64,000 nucleotides of DNA from Promethearchaeota archaeon (GTDB lineage Archaea; Asgardarchaeota; Lokiarchaeia; Sigyniarchaeales; SOKP01): the NCBI GenBank assembly GCA_011364925.1, contig RDOA01000001.1, positions 29,997 through 93,996 on the forward strand, read 5' to 3'. The position numbers were made by a program, and so were the translations under genes. Shown here one piece after another: positions 11,075 to 21,007 of the stretch (positions are counted from its first letter, which is position 1; each line of letters begins with the position of its first letter). The notes beneath the pieces are model-generated. The model did no database searches and was not told where the DNA came from. It saw only the letters and a list, made by a program, of their open reading frames with translations.

Positions 11075-12802
11075 CTATTTTTTTAGGTGGATAAAGTTAA
11101 ACCATCTTAACACCTCAATTTCAGGATTACTGAAGTGTTGGTATTCTTTCACTTCATTAAGAACTTTAATTAACTTATAAGCTTCGCTTAAATATTTCGT
11201 AAATTCAGAATTGTGGTCGATCAATTCCTCATCAAAACAATCATGCAATTCTGATGATACTATCGAATTGATATTTGGTTCGTTAATAAAATTTGAATCT
11301 TCAAATTGAAGATAGGTCCACTCACCTGAACAGATGTCAAAAGCATATTCACTTAGGAATAAATAACCATAATCTGCTACAAATTCAATCGTTTTACAGA
11401 TGAATTCAAACTCGATTTCAGTAAATAAGTAATGAAAATTGACGCGACACCAACCGGGTTTAAGTCCAAGCTTCCCTTCTTGCGTAATACATCGAAACCT
11501 TTGAGATTGTTCTTCAGTAATGTCAAGTAAAAGATGTCCATACGGTCCTGCACACATGCAGCCTGCTCGACTCTGAATTCCAAATAAATCGTTGAGTAAT
11601 TTTGTAATTAACTTGGGGTGTAAATACTTATCTTCATGCTTAATCATAAAAGATACGATAGAAATACGATTTTCTGGGTCTAGCGGTCCAAGAATTTTAA
11701 TCTTTGGATGTCTAGATAATCGATCCAAAGCTCTCGAAGTATATTCGAATTCTTTCGCTTCAATATTTTCAATCCCAACGGCATCTTTTAAATCGATAGC
11801 TAACGCGGCTTTAATGGTCTGTAATACGCCTGGAGTTCCGGCTTTTTCTCTTATTTCTATATCCTCGGAGTAATCTACCGTTGTCGGACTAACATAATCA
11901 ACAGTTCCTCCTCCAGCCGTTGTTGGAGATAATGCCTTTTTGTAAACCCGTTCGTTGAACACTAATATTCCCGACGATCCTGGGCCTCCAATGAACTTAT
12001 GCGGAGATATAAAAATCGCATCGAAAAATGAATTTAGGTCGTGATTCATGTCTATTTTAACATAGGGAGCGCTCGCAGCAAAATCAAAACAAACTAAACA
12101 ATTATATTTATGGAGAATGCGAGCAATTTTATACACAGGAGATTTTAATCCAGTTACATTAGATGCTGCAGAAAAAGAACCGATCTTTATTCTACCATTA
12201 TATTTAGGATCTGAAACTTGATGTTCCAAATCTACCAGATCAATATATCCTTCTGGAGTAAGTTTTATAGCAACAACCTCAGCGATCGCTTCACGCCACA
12301 TTATATCGTTGGAATGATGTTCGTATGGACCAATAAAAACCACTGGTTTCATTCTATTTAGTTCATTATTAAGTTTATTTAGGATATTTTGTTCTAAAAC
12401 ATTGTTTTTAACTGATTTATCCACTATCATCTTTAACAGTTCTTTCGTAGCTGGAGGGAGCCGTATACCTATAATTTCTTGGAATTTAACTATTGCTCCT
12501 GTTGCACCAGTACCTGTAGCTATGATGCGACAGTTCTCCTCTGCATTAAAAGCTTTCTTTATTATCATTTCTGCTTGGTTTAATATCGTAGTCATCTGCC
12601 GACCAGTTATATCGTCTTCTGTGTGGGTGTTTGCATATTCCCTTTGAACTTTTATTAAGAACTGCTCAATAAATTTTATAGATCTGCCAGACGCTGTGTA
12701 ATCAGCATAAAGTAAGAGCCGTTTTCCGTAAGGAGTTTGAAATGTAAAATTCTGACCAATTACCGCATCTCTTAATCTTTCAAATGTTAAAACAGATTCC
12801 AT
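11075..12802 (-). CDS. PLP-dependent class V aminotransferase (cysteine desulfurase-like)
   Basis: YADYTASGR, EHHSN, SNVTG, SPHKF (PLP lysine), RAGCMCAGPYG. Confidence 0.88.
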   Translation of the reverse strand: MESVLTFERLRDAVIGQNFTFQTPYGKRLLLYADYTASGRSIKFIEQFLIKVQREYANTHTEDDITGRQMTTILNQAEMIIKKAFNAEENCRIIATGTGATGAIVKFQEIIGIRLPPATKELLKMIVDKSVKNNVLEQNILNKLNNELNRMKPVVFIGPYEHHSNDIMWREAIAEVVAIKLTPEGYIDLVDLEHQVSDPKYNGRIKIGSFSAASNVTGLKSPVYKIARILHKYNCLVCFDFAASAPYVKIDMNHDLNSFFDAIFISPHKFIGGPGSSGILVFNERVYKKALSPTTAGGGTVDYVSPTTVDYSEDIEIREKAGTPGVLQTIKAALAIDLKDAVGIENIEAKEFEYTSRALDRLSRHPKIKILGPLDPENRISIVSFMIKHEDKYLHPKLITKLLNDLFGIQSRAGCMCAGPYGHLLLDITEEQSQRFRCITQEGKLGLKPGWCRVNFHYLFTEIEFEFICKTIEFVADYGYLFLSEYAFDICSGEWTYLQFEDSNFINEPNINSIVSSELHDCFDEELIDHNSEFTKYLSEAYKLIKVLNEVKEYQHFSNPEIEVLRWFNFIHLKK

Positions 12803-12910
12803 TGTTTTACCTCTATATCTAAAGAGACATTTTAGTTATATCTCTAATTTAAATTAGGATAAAAATTTTGTTAAATAAATTTAATAAAACAAAGATTCAA
12901 TGAATAAAAT

Positions 12911-14155
12911 TTAGTCCTTTTTCTTAGATTCTACAATCACTTCTATTAGATTGTAGTCTCGACTTCCTAATCCTATTTCTTCAGCAGCTTTTAATTGAGT
13001 CTCCCAGTGCTTAGACTCTTTTCCATTAGGATTCAAATCTAATTCGTGTGTTATTGCGTCAAATCTTGGGATATAGGAAAGCCAATCAGTTGTTTTATCT
13101 TTTGAAAGGTTTTCTATATTCCCCAAAATTGAATGCGGATTCATCAAGGATAAGTGTATCAAATCTACTGCACATTGATCAATCGCAACCGGATCTTTTG
13201 AGGATAATATCCCAATATCGCTTACGAATGGCACATCAGAACCGCCCGTGCAATCACATTGCCATGTCACATCAACTACATAATTTAAATAATAAATTTT
13301 ATCACTTCCGTAATAATCTACTACGCCTGCGGCATTATCGACCATCTGAACGATAAATTCTTGTTGTGTTGACGATCCTGTATCAATCACATTGTTTTTA
13401 CAAACAGATTTGCACATATAACAATATCTACATTTTTCCTCGTCACGTTTCAATTTTCCATCTAAACCTACACTCAAAGCTTTCGTTGGACAGATTTTTA
13501 AGCAGACTTCGTAATCAGAAATGGGAGCATTAAAGTCAAATTCAAACTTCTTCCCTACATGTGCTTGAGCTTTTCCACCTTTACTCACGCATCCTATTCC
13601 TAGATTTTTTATAGCACCACCAAATCCCGCTCCAGCGTGTCCTTTAAAGTGAGTGGCTAAGACCATATGATCGAATTCTTTCAATCTTCCAGCCACTAAG
13701 ACCTCACTAAATCGCTTACCCGCAATGCTATGTTTTATAATATTTGTTCCTACGCTCCCATCAAGCATAAGAATTTCTGCCCCCATAGTATCCGTTGTGA
13801 ACCCATGTATCTTAGCAATCTCTAAATACTCTTCTTCTGTAGCCCTTCCACTATACTCGGTATGAGCTCCAGAAACCTCCTCAGGAACACCCCACCCACA
13901 CGACTCTGCAACATATGGTGTCCCTCCTAAATCTTTTATGTGATCACACAAAAATCTAATGTAGCTTGGTCGTAAGTATCGTACATTCTCTAAAGCACCA
14001 AAATGTGTTTTGATGACGACTTTTTCTCCACTTTTAACTTTACTACTAAAGCCAATTTTTTCGAGTGCTAAAGGGCCCTTGACTTTACTTAAACTTTCTT
14101 GATGATTATAGGTCCGTGCAGTAAAAAAATACACATCTGATTTCAAATCTCTCAC
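12911..14155 (-). CDS. DUF362 family Fe-S protein with ferredoxin-like insert
   Basis: IKTHFG, HFKGH...GGAIKNLGIGC, CLKICP...CRYCYMCKSVC, CDC, DPVAID. Confidence 0.85.
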   Translation of the reverse strand: MRDLKSDVYFFTARTYNHQESLSKVKGPLALEKIGFSSKVKSGEKVVIKTHFGALENVRYLRPSYIRFLCDHIKDLGGTPYVAESCGWGVPEEVSGAHTEYSGRATEEEYLEIAKIHGFTTDTMGAEILMLDGSVGTNIIKHSIAGKRFSEVLVAGRLKEFDHMVLATHFKGHAGAGFGGAIKNLGIGCVSKGGKAQAHVGKKFEFDFNAPISDYEVCLKICPTKALSVGLDGKLKRDEEKCRYCYMCKSVCKNNVIDTGSSTQQEFIVQMVDNAAGVVDYYGSDKIYYLNYVVDVTWQCDCTGGSDVPFVSDIGILSSKDPVAIDQCAVDLIHLSLMNPHSILGNIENLSKDKTTDWLSYIPRFDAITHELDLNPNGKESKHWETQLKAAEEIGLGSRDYNLIEVIVESKKKD

Positions 14156-14310
14156 TGATTTTAAAATATAACTGCAATAAAATATTTTAATATCCTAATT
14201 TACCATTAAAAATAAATTTAAAGATTATATGATATACATTAATTATTTTAAATGTGTATAATTCTAATATAAATAGAAATTAGAAAAATTAACGAGTTAA
14301 TAGAAAAATA

Positions 14311-14541
14311 ATGTCACGTTGTCCTGAATGCGCAGGAAACATGAAATATAACCCCATCAATCGTCTTATGGTATGTAGTTCGTGTGGACTATCGTTGACT
14401 CGTAATGAGTTAGATCGTTATTGGTCTCGCATAAGAGATGAACGAGGATCAGATGCGGATGAGGTACAGAAAGCAAAAGATCGAAGAAAAGAATGGCTTG
14501 ATTGGTATAGTAAAAGTAAAGACGAAAAACAAAATTATTAG
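14311..14541 (+). CDS. Small zinc-ribbon protein (TFIIB-type CxxC...CxxC)
   Basis: CPEC-x14-CSSCG followed by a charged helix ending EWLDWY; clean ATG in an intergenic gap. Confidence 0.75.
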   Translation: MSRCPECAGNMKYNPINRLMVCSSCGLSLTRNELDRYWSRIRDERGSDADEVQKAKDRRKEWLDWYSKSKDEKQNY

Positions 14542-14625
14542 TTGAATCCTTAATAAGACCAGCAAATCGTTCTTATAATATAGTTTAAATTCTTCTAAGA
14601 TGAGTTAGTTTTTCTCATAATTATA

Positions 14626-15405
14626 ATGGAATTGGGGATAATTGCTATGAATGAACTCGTAATTTTCAACTTTTTGATGTTATTCTTTGGTATTGTAGGA
14701 GTTGGTGTATTTATTCTTCTGTTTTTTGTGGCAGCTCCTTATGGACAACATATTAGGAAAGGGTGGGGACCAAATATTAACAATAAATTAGGTTGGTTTT
14801 TAATGGAAATCCCAACGATCGTAATTTTTCTTGTTTTATATCTTCTAGGAGACAGAAAAACCAGTATTACCTCTATACTCTTTCTAATTATTTGGATGAC
14901 ACATTATGGTCAGCGAACACTTATTTTTCCTTTATTAATCAGAGGAAAACAACCAATGCCATTAACAATTATAACTTTTGGGTTTGTTTTCAACGGTATT
15001 AATACTTATCTCCAAGCTCGGTGGATTTATACTTTGTCCACACCCTATCCTAATGAGTGGATTATTTCCCCTTTTTTTATAATTGGAGTTATTATTTTTA
15101 TCCTTGGATTTATCATCAACCTTCATTCAGATAATATTGTGAGAGAATTACGCAAACCGGGAGAAATTGAATATAAGATACCGTACGGGGGTATGTTCAG
15201 ATGGGTCAGTTGCCCAAGCTATTTAGGTGAGATTACTGAATGGGCAGGGTGGGCGATCTTAACGTGGTCCTTTCCAGGATTACTATTTGTAGCTTGGACA
15301 TTTGCTAATCTAGGCCCAAGAGCTCTCTCTCATCATAAATGGTATCTTAAAACGTTCCCAGATTATCCAAAAAATAGAAAAGCACTAATTCCTTTTATTT
15401 ATTGA
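14626..15405 (+). CDS. Steroid 5-alpha-reductase (3-oxo-5-alpha-steroid 4-dehydrogenase, SRD5A/DET2 family)
   Basis: APYG, WFLMEIP, HYGQRT, NLHSD..RELRKPGE..YKIPYGG, YLGEITEW, NLGPRA..HHKWY...FPDYPKNRKALIPFIY. Confidence 0.9.
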   Translation: MELGIIAMNELVIFNFLMLFFGIVGVGVFILLFFVAAPYGQHIRKGWGPNINNKLGWFLMEIPTIVIFLVLYLLGDRKTSITSILFLIIWMTHYGQRTLIFPLLIRGKQPMPLTIITFGFVFNGINTYLQARWIYTLSTPYPNEWIISPFFIIGVIIFILGFIINLHSDNIVRELRKPGEIEYKIPYGGMFRWVSCPSYLGEITEWAGWAILTWSFPGLLFVAWTFANLGPRALSHHKWYLKTFPDYPKNRKALIPFIY

Positions 15406-15420
15406 TTAAAACCCGACTAT

Positions 15421-16308
15421 ATGCATGATAGAGATAACGAAATGTTAATCAAATCATACATTCTTTGTTTATTTTCTTATTTAATCGCCCTATTTACAGC
15501 GTTTATTGTTTTATTAATGTTAGTTCTTTATCCTCCCTTATTGGCGTTATTGATTGCAGATTTATCGGCTACGTTAGTAATTTTTCTTATTGGAACTTTA
15601 TATAAAAATGCTAGCTTTTACGATCCTTACTGGAGCGTGTTTCCTATTTTTATAGCCTTATTTTGGATAATACGCTCTGGAGGACTAGCATTAAGTTTTA
15701 CTCGCCAACTAGTCGTACTTCTGTTGGTTTTTACTTGGTCTGTTAGACTAACATATAATTGGATTCGACAATGGAAAGGAATAAAGCACGAGGATTGGCG
15801 TTATTCAAATTTAAGATTTAAAAAAGGAAAAACGTTTTGGCTAGTAAATCTCACAGGCATTCATTTCATGCCAACAATATTGGTGTTTCTAGGATCGCTA
15901 TCTTTATATCCTTCATTAGGGACAACTGCTACTCCTTTTAATTTTATTGATATTATAGCCACATTAATCACTTTCAGTGCCATTGCGATAGAAACAATCG
16001 CAGATCAACAATTGAATAAATTCATTAAAACTCGACAAGACATAGAGCAGATCATACAGCGAGGGTTATGGAAATACTCAAGGCATCCTAATTATTTTGG
16101 TGAAATTCTATTTTGGTGTGGTTTATACTTATTTGCACTAGCATCTGATATTTCTTATTGGTGGATGATAATTGGACCTATCTGCGTAATTATCCTGTTT
16201 CTGGGGGTGAGTATACCTTTAATGGAAAGGAGAATGCTGAAAAGACCAGGTTATGCTTTGTATAAAAGTAAAGTATCTAAATTAATCCCATGGCCTTCAA
16301 GAGATTAA
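15421..16308 (+). CDS. DUF1295 family membrane protein (steroid 5-alpha-reductase superfamily)
   Basis: NASFYDPYWS, EDWRY, ETIADQQL, GLWKYSRHPNYFGE, SIPLME. Confidence 0.88.
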   Translation: MHDRDNEMLIKSYILCLFSYLIALFTAFIVLLMLVLYPPLLALLIADLSATLVIFLIGTLYKNASFYDPYWSVFPIFIALFWIIRSGGLALSFTRQLVVLLLVFTWSVRLTYNWIRQWKGIKHEDWRYSNLRFKKGKTFWLVNLTGIHFMPTILVFLGSLSLYPSLGTTATPFNFIDIIATLITFSAIAIETIADQQLNKFIKTRQDIEQIIQRGLWKYSRHPNYFGEILFWCGLYLFALASDISYWWMIIGPICVIILFLGVSIPLMERRMLKRPGYALYKSKVSKLIPWPSRD

Positions 16309-17324
16309 AGCTTTTTTTTTCTTTTCCTTCTATAGTCTTGGTAAAATTCCGATCGTCTTAAAAAGTACCATCGGAGTAACGGTTTTACAATCGGAACTAA
16401 ATACTTTTTAATTCCAATCCACTTATTAACTTCTTTATAGAAATCCTCCAAAGTGAAATTCTGAAATTTCAAAATGCTCTGAATATAGTTCGTTTCTTGG
16501 GCATCATAAAAGCCGCAATGAGAATGAATTTTTGAATAAGCTTCTTCGGGTAAAAATCCTCTTCCAAAACCCATAATTTCGTACATATCGTCTATATTAT
16601 CTCGATAAGACATTTGACATTGCTTTCCTCCTCCTAGGTTAAATGTTTTGTACCAGACATCTTTCGATTCAATAGCATTCACTAACGCTAATCCAACATC
16701 TTTGGCATGGATAGATTCTACGCTAGTTTCTAAAGCAATATAAAACATAACCCTTCTGAATTTTAAAACATCTGTTGACAAAACAAACGGAAGTCTAAAA
16801 ATGCAATACTCAAGTTTTGATTCCCTAATTAGGTTTTCAGCTTGTATTTTAGTGGAAGCGTATAAGTCCTTTGTGTTTTTATCAACAGGATCAGATAGTT
16901 TAATAATGGGATTTTTCCGACGATCACCATAAATAGCCACGGAGGAGGTAAAGATAAGTTTGGGAGGATTTTTCTGGTTTTCCATCGCCTTTATTACATT
17001 TTGAGTCCCTCCCACATTAGTAGACACAACAATCTCGGGATTTTTAAACGCTATATCGGGTAAAGCGGCTGCAACGTGGATTACAACATCTTTTTCATTA
17101 ACAGCCTTTTCAACTTCTTGATAATTCTGTAGTGTACCCCAAACAATTCTAACTTTGTCTAGATATCGTTTAAATAGCTTTCTATTCTTTTTAGATCCTC
17201 TAAGAAACAGACTTACTTCATATTCGTTTGTTCTTTTTAACAATTCTTTAAAAACGTCTTTACCAACTGTACCAGATGCTCCTGTTAATAAAATTTTTTT
17301 CTCTACCATGGTACATTCAAACAT
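16305..17324 (-). CDS. Extended SDR, NAD-dependent epimerase / 3-beta-hydroxysteroid dehydrogenase-like
   Basis: TGASGTVG, VIHVAA, TNVGGT, TSSVAIYG, YASTK (YxxxK). Confidence 0.85.
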   Translation of the reverse strand: MFECTMVEKKILLTGASGTVGKDVFKELLKRTNEYEVSLFLRGSKKNRKLFKRYLDKVRIVWGTLQNYQEVEKAVNEKDVVIHVAAALPDIAFKNPEIVVSTNVGGTQNVIKAMENQKNPPKLIFTSSVAIYGDRRKNPIIKLSDPVDKNTKDLYASTKIQAENLIRESKLEYCIFRLPFVLSTDVLKFRRVMFYIALETSVESIHAKDVGLALVNAIESKDVWYKTFNLGGGKQCQMSYRDNIDDMYEIMGFGRGFLPEEAYSKIHSHCGFYDAQETNYIQSILKFQNFTLEDFYKEVNKWIGIKKYLVPIVKPLLRWYFLRRSEFYQDYRRKRKKKL

Positions 17325-17408
17325 TTATAAATTCAATTAGCTAAAAATATCCCTTAGGTAATTGAATATAAAGGATCATTAATAGTTATTACTATTTAAA
17401 AAAAGAAT

Positions 17409-18602
17409 TCAAGAGCCAAATTTTTTGTTAAAAATCTGAATTAGAAATTCTTCCAATTTAACAGCGGGGATGTCTAAAAGAGTAATTTCCAAGTGTCTTC
17501 CTCTTTCTGCTTCTTCGATTCTAACTGTTTTCGACGCAATTATCTTAAGTTGATTAAGCGTTCTGATGTATTTCCGAAAACTCATCTTTACATGAGGTTC
17601 TATTGAATAAGTTTCGCTAATTGTTTGATATTCTTCGAACGCTTCGTCAACTAATGTAAAAGGTTCATCCTTATTAATTAAAGCTCTAGCAATTCCAAAT
17701 AATGCTAAAAGTTCCTGATCGTTAAGTTGATCCACGATTTCTGCTCTAAACGTGGGATACACATCGTTTGAGGCCTCCCTAATGATGTCGGCATTAATTC
17801 TATCTAAACCTTCTTTATCGGCGTATAACCCACTCTTTCTTAAAATTTCGATTCCGTGTCGCATGTCTTGGTGATCTGTAACTATTTGACTGACCATACT
17901 TAGAATGTCATCGTCTACAACGTACTCTTTAAATGCTAGGTCTGCCCTATATTCTAAAATTTGTTTTGCCTCTTCGTACTTGTAAGGCTTTAGTTTAATT
18001 TTCTCGTTTATCCTACTTAATATTCGTTCGGTCTCGATTCTCATCCAATCTTTATTTCTAGAGATAAGGATTATAGAAAGTTTTGCGTTTTGATGTCCAT
18101 AAGTTTCGGCGATATCTAAAAAAGCTAAAATTTCGTCAGGTCTTAATAAGTGAACTTCGTCGATTACTAAGAGCATATAACTCTTTTCTCTGATTAACTG
18201 CTTAAGAATCAGTTTAAGGGCTTCATCATCTGAAAATCCTCGACCACTTCCATGAGTATGTTTAGCTAAAAGTTCACGGATTATCTTGCTCTTCGAGCGA
18301 AAGTTTATACAATTATAATATTCAGTAAACAAGTTAACATCTTTTTCTAGTGCTACATTTTTGAAGTTTTTCCCAAACCATCTAGCGGTGCAAGTTTTTC
18401 CAACTCCTCCTTGTCCTAAAATTAAGCAGTTAACCGAAGGTTGCTCTTCTTCGTCAAGGATCCTTCTAAAGTTGAAAATCAACTTATTTATTGCCTCATC
18501 ACGACAATATAAATTCTCGGGCACATAACTCATATCCAACGAGCTAGCGCTTTTGAATATTGACTTTTTCATGAAAGGTTTTCTAAAATCATTCTCATCC
18601 AT
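17409..18602 (-). CDS. cdc6: Cdc6/Orc1 AAA+ replication initiator family protein
   Basis: LDMSYVPENLYCRD, Walker A GQGGVGKT, YNC, Walker B LVIDEVH, PY...L..R, C-terminal winged helix ending RGR. Confidence 0.92.
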   Translation of the reverse strand: MDENDFRKPFMKKSIFKSASSLDMSYVPENLYCRDEAINKLIFNFRRILDEEEQPSVNCLILGQGGVGKTCTARWFGKNFKNVALEKDVNLFTEYYNCINFRSKSKIIRELLAKHTHGSGRGFSDDEALKLILKQLIREKSYMLLVIDEVHLLRPDEILAFLDIAETYGHQNAKLSIILISRNKDWMRIETERILSRINEKIKLKPYKYEEAKQILEYRADLAFKEYVVDDDILSMVSQIVTDHQDMRHGIEILRKSGLYADKEGLDRINADIIREASNDVYPTFRAEIVDQLNDQELLALFGIARALINKDEPFTLVDEAFEEYQTISETYSIEPHVKMSFRKYIRTLNQLKIIASKTVRIEEAERGRHLEITLLDIPAVKLEEFLIQIFNKKFGS

Positions 18603-18751
18603 GATAGGCTGGCTCCTAATTGAAATTTTTAGTATTATATAAGTAATTATAGAACAAATTAAGTTTAAACTTTCTTATACATTTAACTTTATTCTAGAAT
18701 GTTAATAGATTTATGACTTAAGATAATATATATAAATTTTCGATTAACAAC

Positions 18752-19681
18752 TTATTGAAGTTTGAACTCGTCATTATTTAATGGATGCATCTCAGAATAT
18801 GATTCTTTAATTTTAGTTATATCGTTCTTAGCATAGATACGGGTTGTGTTTGGAGAACTGTGTCCTAAGATGTCTTGCAATTCGCTTATATCCATTCCAG
18901 AACGTCTAAGGTGCGTAGCTCCAGTATGCCTGAACACGTGGGGCGTGATAATTTTAGAATCGGGGAAATCGCACTTTTCTTTGATTAATTTTATGTCTGC
19001 TTGAACCACACGAGGATTTAATTTCTGATTTCTTGTATTAACTAAAAGGTAATCTTCAGTACTATAAGATAATCGATCACTAAGATATTCATTAAAAAGA
19101 TGTAATGTGTTAAAGTCAACGGGAACTATTCTTTCTTTACTCCCTTTACCCCTTAATCTTATGTAGCCATTATCAAAATCGATGTCTTTGATTTGTATGT
19201 CGCATAACTCGCTTACTCGAGCCATCGTAGAGTAAAGTAACCGTACAATCAAATAGTATCTCTGGCTTTTTTTAGAGTTGAATAGTTTCTTGTCCTTTAG
19301 CTTATTAAATATTACTTCAATATCAGAAACATCAAGAAATTTTGGTAGACTCTCTTCTATTTTGATTTTAGGAGATTTAATCGTAGTCATTGGATTTTTC
19401 GATATAAATTCATTTAACGTTAAAAACTTGAAAAAAGACCTCAATGAAGCAATTTTTCTACTAATCCCTTTCTTCGTATAATTTAAATCCTTAAGTTGTT
19501 TTAAAAAAAACCTGATCCGTTGTCTAAGCATAGGCGATTCAAGGCTCAAATCTCCCACAAGGTTGATGAATTTTTCAAGGTCGTATCGATACGCTTTTAT
19601 TGTCGAAGGGGCACATCCTTCCTCCACCTCCTTTGATATTAAAAAGTCATCGATGAAATCAGAAACCTTATAATCTACCAT
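18752..19681 (-). CDS. xerA: XerA/XerC-D type tyrosine recombinase
   Basis: N-terminal TIKAYRYDL...RKIASLRSFFKFL; catalytic R (ARVSE), K (GKGSKER), HxxR (PHVFRH), H (LGH), Y (TTRIY). Confidence 0.9.
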   Translation of the reverse strand: MVDYKVSDFIDDFLISKEVEEGCAPSTIKAYRYDLEKFINLVGDLSLESPMLRQRIRFFLKQLKDLNYTKKGISRKIASLRSFFKFLTLNEFISKNPMTTIKSPKIKIEESLPKFLDVSDIEVIFNKLKDKKLFNSKKSQRYYLIVRLLYSTMARVSELCDIQIKDIDFDNGYIRLRGKGSKERIVPVDFNTLHLFNEYLSDRLSYSTEDYLLVNTRNQKLNPRVVQADIKLIKEKCDFPDSKIITPHVFRHTGATHLRRSGMDISELQDILGHSSPNTTRIYAKNDITKIKESYSEMHPLNNDEFKLQ

Positions 19682-19695
19682 AATAGAAAAAATAA

Positions 19696-19733
19696 CATCG
19701 TGATATTACATAATAGAGTGTAATATGCAGATG
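19696..19733. promoter_or_regulatory. Inverted repeat immediately upstream of xerA; candidate Xer-binding (dif-like) or autoregulatory site
   Basis: CATCgtgATATTACA-TAATAGAG-TGTAATATgcaGATG: perfect 8-bp inner arms, 12 of 15 positions paired over the extended arms. Confidence 0.5.
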
Positions 19734-19782
19734 ATACTGGAAATATTTTTAAAAATTATAGGGGATATTCCTTGTGAGGATT

Positions 19783-20724
19783 TTAACTCAATCCTTCTCC
19801 ATACCATCCTTGTTTTATGAAAAGATACGCATTCATAGCGGCGGTGGTTGCCTCTCCCGTAGCAGTGGTTACTTGTCGTATTCCACCAGTGACATCTCCT
19901 GCGGCATATATTCCAGAGAAGTTAGTTTGTTGATTTCTATCAACTTTAATATTATTCTCCTCGTCAAGCTCGATTCCCGCATTTTTCGCTAGTTCGCTCT
20001 GGGGTTCAACTCCTATTGCAATAAAAAGCGCATTTATATCTAATTTTGTTATTTCGCCAGTTTCAACGTTCTTAACCTTTATTTCTGATAATTTTTCATC
20101 TTTAGATATAGCTTCTTCAATAGTGCAATTATACATTGGTTCCACATTCGGTAATGAATCGACTTCATCTACAATGCAGGCTTCTGCTCTCATGCAATGT
20201 CGTCTATGAATAAGATACACTTTTTTTGCTACTCCTGAAAGAAAAATCACTTCTAAACCCGCAGCATTACTACCACCAACCGTTGCTACTACTTGATCTC
20301 GAAATAACGGACCATCACAAGTAGCGCAGTAAGAAATTCCGTTACCTACTAATTCGTATTCATTCGGTAGTCCAAGAGTTAGGTGCTTTGAACCAGTTGC
20401 AATTATTATAGCCCTCGCTTTTGTTTTCCCTTTTCCAGAAGTTATAGTTAAATCTTTTGGATTAATTGATGTAACTTCGTTATAAAAAAAGGTGGTCCCC
20501 CAATTTTCTGCTTGTTTTCTCATTCTTTCTGTTAATTCAAGACCATTAATGCTCTCGATCCCAGGGTAATTTTCGATTTTAGGCGCTGTGCCGGCTAAAC
20601 CTCCAAACGCCTTATACTCAAACAACGCAGTTTTTAAACCCATTCTTCCCGCATAAAGAGCCGCTGTTAATCCTGCGGGACCACCACCAATGATTACTAG
20701 ATCAAATTCATTCTTCTCAGACAA
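19783..20724 (-). CDS. trxB: Thioredoxin reductase
   Basis: GGGPAG, IENYPG, GISYCATCDG, AAGDV. Confidence 0.93.
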   Translation of the reverse strand: MSEKNEFDLVIIGGGPAGLTAALYAGRMGLKTALFEYKAFGGLAGTAPKIENYPGIESINGLELTERMRKQAENWGTTFFYNEVTSINPKDLTITSGKGKTKARAIIIATGSKHLTLGLPNEYELVGNGISYCATCDGPLFRDQVVATVGGSNAAGLEVIFLSGVAKKVYLIHRRHCMRAEACIVDEVDSLPNVEPMYNCTIEEAISKDEKLSEIKVKNVETGEITKLDINALFIAIGVEPQSELAKNAGIELDEENNIKVDRNQQTNFSGIYAAGDVTGGIRQVTTATGEATTAAMNAYLFIKQGWYGEGLS

Positions 20725-21007
20725 TTCTTCTCTCCACTCTTGTGTAGGGTGATTCGATTTTATGAATGATAATTATAATAAAAGTTTAAATTTTTTTAAG
20801 GAAATTATTTTGAATCATAAATTTTTCCAATTTAATCCATCTTTAATTTCTATATTAAAAATAATGTTCAAAGATTACCGTTATAACTAAATTGATTGCA
20901 CATTATTAATGGTGAGTTTTATTTTAAATAATTTGAACATTTATTATTGACTCTGAATTATCTTTGATCAAATTGCAAAATTTATATTATCACATCTTTA
21001 TAATTAA

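Noticed and set aside
18603-18751. Replication origin next to cdc6
   Set aside because: AT-rich, but no ORB/mini-ORB repeat with a G-string was visible here or at 17325-17408.
18752-19681. Active integrative element or provirus integrase
   Set aside because: Compact Xer-like protein flanked by housekeeping genes; no tRNA target, att direct repeats or cargo genes seen.
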